A stretch of 64,000 nt of DNA, from the NCBI RefSeq assembly GCF_963921235.1, contig NC_086118.1, positions 21,764,001-21,828,000 of the forward strand, in the 5' to 3' direction. Each line of letters begins with the position of its first letter. The first letter of the stretch is position 1. Below the pieces are notes generated by a model. The model made no database searches, was not told the DNA's origin, and worked only from the letters and a program-made list of their open reading frames with translations. Origin of the DNA: Mobula hypostoma. Lineage: Eukaryota. Positions 36,901 to 48,814 of this stretch are shown in pieces. A program made the position numbers and the translations under genes.

Positions 36901-39900
36901 GTGTCATCACCTACCAGCACCAAAAGATTGGAAGATGACAAATATCATTCCCTTTTCAAGAAAGATAATAGGGATAATCCTGGGAATTATAGACCAATGA
37001 GTCTTATGTCAGTGGTGTTCAAACTAATGGTGAGGATTCTTCAAGACAGCCTTAAGGAGCATTTGGGGAAAGCACAGGTTCGTTAAAATTACTCAGCATG
37101 ACTTTGCGATGGTCACATTGTGCCTCAAAAGCCTGACTGAATTCTTCAAGGAAGAGACAAACCAAATTGATGTGGTGTATATGGATTTTAGTCAGCCATT
37201 CAACAAGTTTCCATATGGGATGCTCCTACAGAAAGTCAGGAAGCATGGAATCTAGGCAAACTTGGCTTTATGGATTCAGAATTGTTTTGTCCACAGAAGC
37301 CAGAGGGTGGCAATAGATGGAGCATTTTCTGCCTGGAGTCAGTGACTAGTAGTGTTCCAAAGGGATCTGCTCTTGGACCCCTGCTCTTTTCGATTTTTAT
37401 AAATGACCTGGATGAGGAAGAGAAAGGTGCAGATGACACAAATGTTTATGGTGGTGTGGTTGGTGTAGAAAGTTGTTGTAGGTTACAATGGGACATTGAT
37501 AGGACGCAGAGTGAGTTAAGAAGTGGCAGATGGAGTTCAATCCGGAAAAGTGTTAAGTGATTCACTTTAGATGGTCGAACTTGAAGGCAGATTACAGGGT
37601 TAATGGCAGGATTCTCAGTAGTGTGGAGGAACAGAAGGAACTTGGGGTTCATGTTCATAGATTCTTCAAAGTTGCCGCGCAAGTTGATAGTGTGGTTAAG
37701 AAGGTGTATGTATGTTGGCCTTCAGTAGTTGGAGGATTGAGATCTAGAACCACAAGATAATATTATAGCTCTATAAAACTCTTGGTAGACCACATTTGGA
37801 GTCTGATTGCCTCAGCTTAGGAAGGATGTGGAAACTTTAGAGAGGGTGCTGAGGAGATTTACCAGGAGGTTGTGTGTATTAGAGAGCATGTCACATCGGT
37901 AAAGGTTGAGCAAGCTAGGAATTTTCTCTTAGGAGTGAAGGAGGTTGAGAAGTGACTTATAGAGTGTATAAGATGATAAGAAGCATTGATAGAGTGGTGA
38001 TCCAGCATCTTTTTCCCAAGGTGGAAACAACTACTATGAGAGGGCATAATTGTGTGATTGAAGAAAAGTATAGGGGGGTTGTCAGAGGTAATTTTATTTT
38101 AAAAATTGAGAGTGGTGGATGCACCACCAGGGATGGTTGAAGAGGCAGATACTTTAGGGACATTTAAGGTACACATAGATAGGCGTGGATGAATGAAAAA
38201 TGGAGGGCGGCATAGGAGGGAAGCATTAGATTGATCTTGGAGTTGGTTAGAATGTTGTCACAACATGGTGGGCCAAAAGGACTGTACTGTACTATACTGT
38301 TCTATGTACTATGTTCTGTGATGTCAGAAATGACATAGAAATTGCATTGAGCTGAAAGGGGACTGATGCCCATACTTGTTGAATTTTCCATATGGAATGA
38401 TATAACTGAAAAATAATCACATACTGTATATCATTTAGTTCAAATCAATTTTTGTTCATATAGCACAATGAAAAATAATCACCATGTAAATTAATTTCTC
38501 AGACTATATTATATCTTATGAAAGTACAGATATATGTGAAACACTGGGGCACGCATACAGATATTGAGATGTGAAACTTTGGATCAAGTTGTTGGTGATG
38601 TGTGCATTTGTCAGCTGTCATCAAAGACTTTTGCTTAGTAGGAATTAATATCTACTAAGATCAATTTTCATTCCCTTTACCCTCCTGGTTTTGTGTCTGA
38701 ATGCTTCGTTCTCTCCATTGGCCGTGCTTTAGGACCAGCAGTGCTTTCATATAATGGCAAAATTATAAAGTCAAACAGTGGGGTTGAAGATCTAATTGGG
38801 AAATTTAAAATAATCATGAAAGTTCCATCTGGTTATTTTATTTTGTCCTTTTAGATAAACTGGGATTCAAAACAACAGTTGCTGTGATTCGTGGTTCAAA
38901 GCGCTGCCTTATGAAAAAACAACCAAAAACAAGAAATGAATTTCTGAAATGTAAGAACCTTAAACTTGACTTTGCTTTTGCACTAAATAGTTGGCTCTTT
39001 TTGTTTTAAAAGTTGCTTACAACATAATGCTGATTGGAGGGGATATCATTGTAAACAAAGATGCTGGAATCTGGAACAAAATGCCAGAATGCTGGAAGAA
39101 CATAATGGGGCAGGCAGTATTTGTGGAAACAAAGGGTGTAAGTCAACAGTAAAACCCTGGATCAGCACTGGGAGGGAAGAGAATTGATAGTCAGTATATA
39201 TCATTATTAGGGATGGAAATGATGGGATAGAAGTTGTTGGGTGATATGGGGAGAGGATGATAGACAATTGGAGTCAGGTGTGGGAGAAGTGTGGGACATA
39301 GGCTGGTAGGTGATGACACCTCCTCATACATTCCTCTGGACCTTGACCCCCACTAATGAATTTCAGGCCATCACCTCCTGGGCTATTACAAATCTCATTA
39401 TATACAACACCTCCTCTTCTTCGCAGCCTCCAACCTCTTATTGTCCCAACATTGTGCTGCCCGATTCTATTTCTAACTTAAGACTTCCCTTCTAGTTTCA
39501 TTATTTTTGCCTGCTTTTGTCCTCCTGAGCTTACCTCTTCATACCTGGACTCTATTCTGTCTCCCCTTATCCAGTCTTTCCCCACACCTCAGACATCCAC
39601 CATTTCACCACCATTTCATGCTCTCCACCATTTCAATTAACTAGCAATTCCCTAGTCCCAAATGAACCATCTTAACCAATCTGTGTACACCTCCATCCCA
39701 CATCAGGAAAGTCTTAGGGTCCTCTGTTTCTTTCTTGAACAAAAGCAACCAGTTCCCCTTCATTAATATTTTCATCTACCTGGAAGAAATTGTCTTTACC
39801 CTCAAAAATTCTCTTATGATCCTCCCACTTTCTGCAGATCAAAAAAGCACCAATGGACACTCACAATGACCATAGCTACATCTGGTTTTTAGTTGGCTGT

Positions 39901-42900
39901 GTGGAAAATTCCTTGCAAAGGACATTCAAAAGTTCTTGGTTCTCACCTTTCACCCAATCTGCCACCAAATCCAAAATCCTTCTCCATTTTTCACTAGTTT
40001 CAATATGATCCCACCACTAGTTACATCTTCCCACCAGTCAGTCAGTAGTGGCTATCTTGAGCTTCTGGTTGGATTTCATTTTAACTCTCCTTCACACTCC
40101 CAATCCCACCTGTCTGCATATTGTTATGGAAAAGCCAAATGCAAACTGGAAGAATAATATTTCAACTGTGAATATTGAACTTTACAATTTCAGGTAATCT
40201 ATGCCCTCTGTGCTCTCCCCCCACATCCACTTACCTGTCCACTGAGTCTTCTTCCCTTTGTTCACTGGTCCTTTCTCCCTCTCTGCTTAACTCCCTCCCT
40301 CACTGTTCCTTATCCCCTCCCAATCTGCCTGTCACCTATCTGCCTCTATCCAGCCTGCTCCTCATACAGGTATGTAGTAACTTGCTTTCCTTTTCTCTTC
40401 ATCAACCTACGCATTTTGCCTCCACAGAAACTACTTGACTTCTGAGTTCTTTAAACATTCTGATTCTTTTGTTCTGAATCTTTGTCTCTTAATCTTTAGG
40501 ATAAACCAGAATTAAACACTTTGAAAGTATCAGTCCATTATTGATACATTCATCTTAGATTATTTTTGATGCTTTGTGCTTTTCATGCCAATGATTACTT
40601 ACACGAATGTGTTTAGCTCAATTACAGTTTAACTGCTTAAATTTGCATAACAATACTGCTCATTGAGTGAATTCTCCAAAATGCAGCAGCTCTTTGAAAT
40701 TAGTGCTTTCCTTTAAGGTGTACTAATAACAGTGTGATTTATAATGTTTGTTAGCAGGAGAGGTGACGTCAAAGAAACATAGAAACATAGAAAATATACA
40801 ACACAATACAAACCCTTCGGCCCACAATGCAGTGCCGAACATGTACTTACTTCAGAAATTACCTTTTTAGAAATGGGCGATATGAGTTTGCTAGGAAATG
40901 GGGAAATTTTCTTGGCTCTGCACTTTGGCGCTTAGGTTGATTAGATCAATGAATCTGAGAAAACAGGATTTTGAAATTGGTTAAGATTATTTTTGGTAAC
41001 TGTTGCTAAATATGTGTGAGAATTTTAATCACTGGTTGTATCTCATATAGAGGTCATGTTCCATTGCCTTTGGTGGTGTTAAAATGAGCAAAAAGTAAAT
41101 AACATTGACACACATGTGTCTGGTGTTCATGGCCCAAGAATAATTCTTCCTCCTATATACATACTTGCTTAATTATTTGATGATGAAATTCAATAAAAAA
41201 TCAATTACAAAAAAAAAGAAATGCTTATCGTGCTACTGAGGGTGCATGAACATTGCAATAATATGAATTTCAGCAGTTCATTCCTTTAATCCATATTGTT
41301 TCCCACTGGAGCACTCCAAAGATATATCAATTTACTCATCTAGATGAGTCATTTTGCAGCCTGACACCAGGTGAATGGTTATTCATCACAATCTGAGTGT
41401 AAACTAATTAATTCCGATGTGTAAAATTATTTTGCAATCATGATAAAGGAGACGGTATTATTTGAACATCAGTTACTAATTAGTATTGATCTACAAATAG
41501 GGAGATTTAAGGATCTGTGTAATATGTATAAGAGAAGTATAGCAACGACTGAAGGAGATTGTATGTTATTCTCTTCCCTTTTTCTTAGCATTAATATATC
41601 ATCTGTTGATTTTCCTAGAGGTCTGTTTCATATTGGCAAATTTAGCTGTCATCTCCCCTGAGATTTATTATTTTAAAACCAAATGCCATATTTCTGTGCT
41701 TGGATAGAATCAAACAGGCTGTGTATGTCCACATCATTCATGTATTTCTCTTTTGTACTGTCAGCCAAGTTTGGAAGAATCTAACAAGCTTTCTTTATGA
41801 TGCAGGAAATTGGGATGCTATTTCCTTCCTATTCTTAGTGAGTGAGGTTATTAGTCGACCAGATTTATCAGGCAGCAAGCTCAGTGTTGTCAAACGTAGG
41901 CAAAATTTTGAATTCTAATTTGGAATATATTAACAATTCTCGGACCTGAATTTAATTGTATTGCAACCAAAGGCATTTCTTTTTCTCTTTCTGGCAGTGG
42001 AGCCAAGACGCAAAACACAGTACCAAATCATACATAGTACAACAGTACAAGGCATATATAGCACATATTGGATAACGGTAAAGTGTAGCCACGGAAGAAA
42101 GTGGCCCTAATCCCTGAGTCCGTGAATGTTGCAGTAGTCTACAGTCGAACACAATACAGTTTGTTTTCTGCTAAGTGAACACTGGGGGCAACACTGACTC
42201 CCGTATGGACACTGCACTCCACCACCTCCAGCCCTCCGGAGGAATGCCTGACTCCGCCTGGGCGTCTGCAAACAGGCAGTATCACGGCTTGAAGCCTAGT
42301 CCCTGTTACGACCAAGACTCTGCAGCTCCCCTGCCGTTGGCTAATAAACCAATGAATTGGACTTGCGTTCCACACCATTAATGTCCAACACGATCACGAG
42401 AAAAGCGACTGAGACGATCACTTGCTGTTGGATTGCATACTTTCTTCGTGCACTGATGCCTCTCTGTCTCAGACAGTAACATCTCCAAGTACCTCACCAT
42501 CAACATTTTGGTGGTGGGGGGGGGTTGGGTTATAGAATAGGGGGCACAACTGATCGCATAAATGTTTTGGTTATAGGCACAGATTAACATTTGACGTCCT
42601 TATACACCTAAGTTTTTCCACCATCTGTAAGGACCATGAGGAAATACTCCCCCAGTTGCTGATCAACAGGCAAGAAAGTTAACGCCATTCAGGGCAAACA
42701 GCCTGCTTAATCGGTATCCTGTACATTAACCTATGTAAACATTCATTCTCTCCACCAACAAAGGACAGGCAGCACGCACCATCACAACACGTACTGGAGA
42801 GATTCAACTATTTTATTTGGACAGCATCTCCCAAACCCGCATTCTGTACCACACGGGACAAAAGCAGCAGTTGGAAGGGAAGTCCACCACCCACAGATTC

Positions 42901-44206
42901 CTTTCCAACTGCATACCATTCTGACTTGGAAACAGACTGTGTTGCCACTCTCCATCATCAGTGGTTCTAAAATTTTGGAGCACCTGAGCCAACATGACTA
43001 TAGTGGTTCATGAAGATGGCTCCCCAGCATTTTCCAAGGGGCATTTGGGGACGGGCAAGAAATGCTGGGTTTACCAGTAACACCCAGTTCCCTTGAAATG
43101 AAAAATAAAAGCCTGGGAAGATGGGAATTGAACTTAAATCTCTAGATTTATTACTTAATGTAGTAAAGTAAAGGCATCCGTTAGTCTTGCGAGACCATGG
43201 ATCTGCGCCTGGAAAGTCTTCACTCTTCAGGGTGCAGGCCTGGGAAAGGTTGTATGGAAGACCAGCAGTTGCCCATGCTGCAAGTCTCCCCTCTCCACAA
43301 CACCGATGTTGTCCAAGGGAAATATTAGGACCCATGCAGCTTGGCACCAGTGTCGTTGCAGGGCAATATGTGATTAAGTGCCTTGCTCAAGGACACAACA
43401 TGTTTCCTCGGCTGGGGCTCGAACTCACAACCTTCAGGTCGCTAGTCCAATGCCTTAACCACTCAGTGTAGTAATGTAACTAAAATATCACCGTATCAGG
43501 GGATGATGACTAAAGTATTTAATTTCCTTACTTTAATGTGGAGAAGTGCAAAAAATGTAACTTTGCAAAAATGTAGAACTAACTTAAGGGAAAAAGTGAT
43601 TTCTTCCTCCTTGTGTTAATTTTTGATCTGTTTTAATTTCCAGACGCTGCAACGCTAGTGTTTGACCCAAATACAGCTCACAGGTATCTTCGCTTGGTAA
43701 ACAAGAACCGCAAAGTTTCCAACACTTGCCCGTGGCTTCACCCCTACCCCGATCACCCAGAGAGGTTTGAACACTGGCGGCAGGTGTTGTGCACAGAGAG
43801 TTTTTACATGGTCCGATGCTACTGGGAAGTGGAGATCCATGCAGAAGGGACTTATGTTGGCATGACTTACAAAAGCATTGACAGAAAAGGAGCTGAGAGC
43901 AATGGCTGTATCACAGGGAATGATTTTTCCTGGTGCATACAGTGGACGGGCAAGGAATTCTTGGTTTGGCATGGCGATGTGGAAGTGCCAGGGAAGGTTG
44001 AGAAGTTTAGCCGGATCGGAGTATACCTGGACTATCAAAACAGGATTCTGTCTTTTTATGGAGTGGCAGACACCATGATCTTGATACATCAATTTGAATC
44101 TTCATTCACAGAACCACTATATCCTGCATTTTATCTTCCCAAGAAAGAAGCATCAGTTTCTCTGCATGTACTTGAAGAAGATGCATTGAAAATTGAAACT
44201 GAATAA
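24192..44206 (+). CDS. TRIM16: Tripartite motif protein 16-like E3 ligase, RING-Bbox1-Bbox2-coiled coil-PRY/SPRY; 6 coding exons, 1929 nt, 642 aa
   Basis: Exons 24192-24959, 30768-30863, 31864-32097, 34169-34340, 38855-38950 and 43644-44206 splice in frame (phases 0,0,0,1,1) with GT-AG boundaries. Motifs EVLCD..KSCLTCMVSYC, SVSEVK, NTVQFL, PSVYIGL.DKL.GI, FDPNTAHRYLRL, WRQVL, GTYVG, IDRKG, GNDFSW and LPKKE match recalled TRIM16. Confidence 0.9.
26040..27368 (+). mobile_element. CR1 LINE 3' fragment interrupted by a MITE
   Basis: WQMEY..HFGR, QRDLGV, YCEQFWAPYLRK, LYSLEFRR. Confidence 0.85.
26216..26815. mobile_element. Non-autonomous TIR element (hAT-like) with 6-bp TSD
   Basis: TIR cagccatcccacc / ggtgggatgtctg; TSD aagtta at 26210-26215 and 26816-26821. 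Confidence 0.8.
28735..30505 (-). mobile_element. Young 5'-truncated CR1 LINE, antisense in TRIM16 intron 1
   Basis: NYRPVRLTSVVGK, SGVPQGSVQGP, KFADDTKL, LVRPHLEYCVQFWSP; (tttctatg)n tail. Confidence 0.95.
30768..30863 (+). CDS. TRIM16: TRIM16 coding exon 2 (96 nt, coiled coil)
   Basis: ttattccag|AAT...GTA|gtaagt; encodes NELRETKLKIDKKINVAKNAIEKLQNNSTSIV; 96 nt is typical for TRIM exon 2. Confidence 0.92.
31864..32097 (+). CDS. TRIM16: TRIM16 coding exon 3 (234 nt, coiled coil)
   Basis: ctgttctag|AAT...CAG|gtgagg; encodes NSVSEVKPNIERQF...RNTVQFLQ; 231-234 nt is typical for TRIM exon 3. Confidence 0.92.
32536..32785. mobile_element. hAT-type MITE with 26-bp TIRs and internal ~27-bp repeats
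   Basis: ggggtggccaaccttttacattccat / atggaatgtaaaaggttggccacccc; cacgagttcagatg x3 plus one inverted copy. Confidence 0.8.
34169..34340 (+). CDS. TRIM16: TRIM16 coding exon 4 (172 nt, linker)
   Basis: cattttag|GAA...GAAG|gtcagt; encodes EFCEWKKNMPDDKLPSVYIGLIDKLAGI...YKEKLKEFARE. Confidence 0.88.
34497..34770 (+). mobile_element. SINE (tRNA-derived head, A-tail); second copy at 43170-43465 on the - strand
   Basis: gttcgagc..gtgtccttgagcaaggcacttaacc...gagactaatggatgcc + A-run; reverse-complement match at 43170-43465. Confidence 0.75.
35420..35664. repeat. Inverted pair of Penelope termini (~100-bp arms, short spacer)
   Basis: 35446-35546 is an approximate reverse complement of 35565-35664. 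Confidence 0.8.
36130..38320 (+). mobile_element. Decayed CR1 LINE
   Basis: LNEYLASVF, KSLGPDGIY, PGNYRPMSL, SSVPKGSALGPLLF. Confidence 0.9.
38855..38950 (+). CDS. TRIM16: TRIM16 coding exon 5 (96 nt; not in the ORF track)
   Basis: ttgtccttttag|AT...AAAT|gtaaga; encodes (D)KLGFKTTVAVIRGSKRCLMKKQPKTRNEFLK(Y), including the conserved P.TR.EFL.Y pre-PRY motif. Confidence 0.88.
39050..40470 (+). mobile_element. Heavily decayed Penelope-like element with inverted 5' terminus
   Basis: Inverted terminus (gatgctggaatctgg..) at 39060, RT-like remnants, pyrimidine-rich 3' region. Confidence 0.55.
43170..43465 (-). mobile_element. SINE, same family as 34497-34770
   Basis: ggcatccgttagtct..ttaagtgccttgctcaaggacacaac..ctcgaact. 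Confidence 0.75.
43644..44206 (+). CDS. TRIM16: TRIM16 last coding exon, PRY/SPRY (B30.2) domain
   Basis: taatttccag|AC GCT GCA ACG CTA GTG; ORF 43658..44206 FDPNTAHRYL...YWEVE...RIGVYLDY...EPLYPAF; TAA stop. Confidence 0.93.
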
Positions 44207-44610
44207 AATCATCTTTGAGACTGTATGTAACACTAGTGCTGTCTCTTTGTGATATTACAGACTGTGTTCAAGTCCATATTGAAGGCTCTCATTCACCTAA
44301 TAAGTGTGACGAGTGATGGCCATCAAGTGTAAAAGGCCATCAAGTCAGTTTGCCACAAATGACAGGTATGAAAACACACTCTCGATACTTGGGCCCATGA
44401 TAGTTTGTTTTTTTTATTGTTTAACATGGAAGTCTGAAGGTAAGATAAATTGAATAGGAAGCAGTAGTAGGCCACTCAAACTTTGAAGCTGTTCTGCCTG
44501 ACGCATCATCTTCATAAAACACCTCAGTTCTATGTATTTAACCCTGACCCTAATGCTGCATCAGCTGATACGTTATGTACCACCAGGGCTAACGTGATTT
44601 TTGTGCTTTC

Positions 44611-45293
44611 TGTTATGGTTTGTCACTCCAAAACATAAAACTAAATTAAAAGGAAAAGACAGAGAGTCTGAAGTGCAGGCTTAACTTAAAAAGCTTTTAC
44701 TTTAAGTTTTTTCTTTAGGCACGCACATATTATGTGGTAACGTCATTACGCAATTCAAGTATTTTTACATTTAATCCATAATAAATTACATGAACAAATA
44801 AGGAATGCTTAATCAACAGCATACTTACATTACTCAAACATTACTGAAATATTAAATATACAACACTCCTCCCTGCTTAGTCATAAACTCCAACTCAATG
44901 CAGAAAGCATCTCAACTATATAAACAGTATACTATAGAATACAACCGCTACACAGACATTGACAGCATAGTAAATTTTTTAAATTGTCACATTCAGGCCT
45001 GAAGATTTAATTGCTGTGGAGGTTTTCTTATTCTTGTGGGATAACACATTTCTTGACAAGGGATATCACTTTGCTTGGCAGGTGAGATTTGCGGCTGTGA
45101 AACAATCTCAGATTCTAGGGCCTCCTTGTGGTGGTTGTCGGAGTTGACTCTGGAACTACTGGCGTGGTTCTGACAGCATCATATTAATTTTACATATAAC
45201 CCACAATGAATTATTTAAACAAATAATGAAAGCTTAATCAACAGCATATTTACAATATTACTCAAATATTACTGAAATATTAAATACATAACC
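44611..45293 (-). mobile_element. Internally deleted miniature Gypsy derivative (3' LTR + PPT + short internal + partial 5' LTR)
   Basis: LTR homologous to 4458-4799; PPT cagggaggag on the - strand at ~44865; 45070-45175 matches 1343-1448; TSD ctttc at 44606-44610 and 45294-45298. Confidence 0.8.
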
Positions 45294-48200
45294 CTTTCTA
45301 CATTTGATTAATAGAAAAGAGAATATTGATAAACTATTGTACCCACAGCACTTGATACTTGTCAAATCAATGTTTCCATTTTCTTACTTGGAGATACAGT
45401 TTGCTTTGTCTCAGCAGTTTTATAATGATAATTTTGAAACAATTAGACAGTCTAACATCAACATAATGATTTTTCCCAGTTTCTTCATTAATATTTTGCA
45501 TTTCTATTTATCAAATGTAGAAAGCACAAAAAACAGGTTAGTTCTGGTGATACATAATGTATCAGTTCATTTAGCAGGATTCACTATATACCACTGAGGT
45601 GCTTAATGCCCGGTTGACCTTCTAATCTACAGCCCAGGGAAACCAGGACCACTGTAGCAGCCCCGATATCCACTGAATACGCGCTGGAAAAGTACAATGA
45701 TTATTGGAGGCATTGCTACATGCAAATGAATCCTTGTTGAAATTTTATAACCACTCTGCCACAGGTTTCTGCAATAGAAACAGCTTATAATATTTTTTAT
45801 AAAATGAGCCATCCTCAAATGTCCCAGTAAGCTTGTGCTAATTTGATGCATGATTGGGGTGGGAAAGCTAAATTGGGTAATGTTGATTTCAACTTTGATT
45901 TTGTTTCCTCAATCACTCAGTGAACTTCTCATCAGTCTTTCAACCTTCAAGATCAGGAAGCAAGGCTTTCAAAACTCATTGACCCCCAAATGAGACGCAC
46001 ATGTGGGTTTGCTGAGGCTGTAAAATCTGACATTTTTGATAAATTACCTTTTTTGACAAACAGATAGGAAAAAGGGCAGAATAATAAATCGTGGAGAGAT
46101 AAAAGTCAAGGAATGCTTTTAATTAGCAGATTTATACCCTGCATAGAAACAGCCTTTGAATTAACAGTACTATCAGCACCAAAACATGGCGGTAATGAAT
46201 TTAAGCCACTGGATATCAGTATTTTTTTTCCCAGATTCTTTTCTCCTTTAACTAAGATAACAACACAATTAAAATAAGTAACTGTAAGGTTTGCTTGTTT
46301 AAAACTATCTTTAAATTGTTATTCTACTTAAGATAACAATGATTTCTTGAAGGGTAACTATGTCACTGCATGCAAACTATTAAATTGCTGGAGAAACTTG
46401 GTGTGTCAAGCAGCATCTGTAGACACAAAGGGATGGTTGATGTTTCAGGTCATAATCCTACATTAGTACTGAGAGCAATGAAGGACGATAGCCAGTATAC
46501 TGACGTGAGATTGAAACAGAGATGATACAGAGGCAACAAGGTGAAATTGAAACATAGAGGTGAGCACCAGTTGCCTGCCTTTTGATTGCTGGGGGATCGC
46601 TCTGCTATCGGAAAGGGGAGAGGTTGCCGCTGGGCCTGTTGAATGTTACCCAGGTTTTCTGCATTTTGGATGTGGACTTGGGACTCTAGAGTTCCTTTTT
46701 CATGATTATAGTTTTTTATACTCTGATTTCCCACCCCCCCCCGATCCTTCAAATTTTTTTTGTGCAGGGGAGGGGATTTGGGGGTTGATTTGCCTGTTCT
46801 GTTTTTGTTAATTTTTTTTTTGCAGTGAGGAGGGATTTGGGGAGGGAGGTTAATGATCATACTGCTGTTCTTTTCTTGGTTTCATGGCTATTTGAAGAAG
46901 AAGAGTTTCAGAGTTGTACACTTTGATAATACATGAACTTTTGAACCTTTGAGGTGGGGTGTGAGACAGTTGTTGGTAGGTAATAAGTGAAACACAGTGA
47001 TGTGGGAGATGATGGGTAGACAGAGATAGGTAGTTGGGAGAGTAGTTTAGAGACTGGTGATAGGAGTAAACAAATAAGAAAAAGAGTTGGCAGACAGAGC
47101 TAGGTGGTTGGGAGGTGGGAAGGAGGTAGGATTGGTGTGAAAGTTAGAGACTGAGCTGGAAAATGCTAAGTGAAAACAGTCAGGAGAGGAATAATGGGCA
47201 GATTGGAACTAGATAGGGGGAGGGTTAGGAATGGTAGGTGGGGGAGAAGAAACCCATGTGGATGATGGCCAGCTGGAAATTGGAAAGGTGAATAATGGGA
47301 GAACGAACCTCAGTGGATCAGAAGGGTGGGAAAATAACACAGCTGATGTGGGATACCTGAAATTTTAAAATTCTAAGTTCATACCCATATGCTGCTGTCT
47401 AATCAAATGTTGTTCTTTTAAATGCATGTGTACTGCATACTTGATATTTACATAGTTCCAGACCAAATTCCATGTAGAATGTTACAGCATGAAATTTAAA
47501 GTTTTATTAGAACTGAAGAATCAGCTCTTAAGTGACAGTTATTAATCCCTGATTAATTTAACAACTATATTCACTGAGTAATTTTCATCACATAAACCTT
47601 TCTGATAAGTGAATATTTTGGAATTTAAAAATAGTCTAAAAAGAAGTGGAGCAATATCATTGAGTTTTGCTGGTGTTCAAACATCCAGAAGTCCCAGCAT
47701 TTTGCTCGCATGCTTCTCCGGCTGGAATTCAGGGATTCAGCTCACCATGTTGTTGCTTCATCTACAGCACACTCTGTCATGCAACCGAAAGGTGAAGTCA
47801 GGACTTACTGGAAATGACTCACTTTTCTGAAGTTGAACCAGCAGTAGACAGAGCTCAATGAGGATTCTAACCTGTGAATTCAGAGGCAAAGAATTTAATT
47901 TAATATTTTAAACCTTTTTATATAATTAATTATCTTTAATAATTTCATTCCAATTAATAATGTTATTTCATTGTTGATAGCTTTTAAATGAAAGTTAGAG
48001 ACATTAAAAAGTCATTAAAATCAATGACGGCTTGGCCTACCTTTGCTGGCTGTGAAGCCCCATCAGGTTTGAGGGTGGGGTGGGGGGCAAAGTGCATTCT
48101 ATCACCTCAGGTCTGGCTGCTCACTCCCAGGGGCAGACGGCCAGCGATCTAAACCCCACAGATGGAGATATGAGGCAGTTCAGGCAGTGGGACTGGATCA

Positions 48201-48814
48201 ACCACATCCAAACTGTATGCTTTCATTAATTCATGTTGACAGCTTTTATCTCTGAGTAGTAATTTTATTTTGGATGCGGCTTCAACATATTCCAGTGGTA
48301 CATCTCTATCTATTCCCAAGTGGCTATTCTTCATACAGGGTCCTGGACAGTCAGAGCCTGCACCCCATCTCACTCTGTCAGACACTACAGCCTGACCCTG
48401 TCCTAACTCTATCTCAATGAGATTCCAGCTGGTTTCTTCCCCTCAATCCAGATTAGAAACATAGAAAACATACAGCACAACACAGGCCCTTTGGCCCACA
48501 AAGCTGTGCCGAACATGTCCCTACCTTAGAACTGCCTAGGCTTTACCCATAGACCGCTATTTTTCTAAGCTCCATGTACCCATCCAGTAGTCTCTTAAAA
48601 GACCCTATCATCTCTGCCTCCACCACCGCCATCGGATCATTGAGATCATTTTTTTTTATATCAGTTAACCTGCAGCCTTTTGGTTTGAACAGTGGCTGGA
48701 CACCCTTTAAGGTGAGTGATATCCTGAGCTGATTACTGAAAGAACCATCAGGTTCAGTAACAGCTATTATCCTTCAGCCATCAGTCTCCTAAACCAGCAT
48801 AACTTAAGAGTCAT

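Noticed and set aside
43655..44092. 145-aa antisense ORF over the SPRY exon (also 24271..24621 over exon 1)
   Set aside because: Shadow ORFs of real coding exons with no recognisable motifs.
48155..48225. Faint recalled resemblance of AYSLDVVDPVPLPELPHI to CDRT4, a human TRIM16 neighbour
   Set aside because: Only ~18 residues compared from memory and the flanks do not match, so no gene symbol was assigned.
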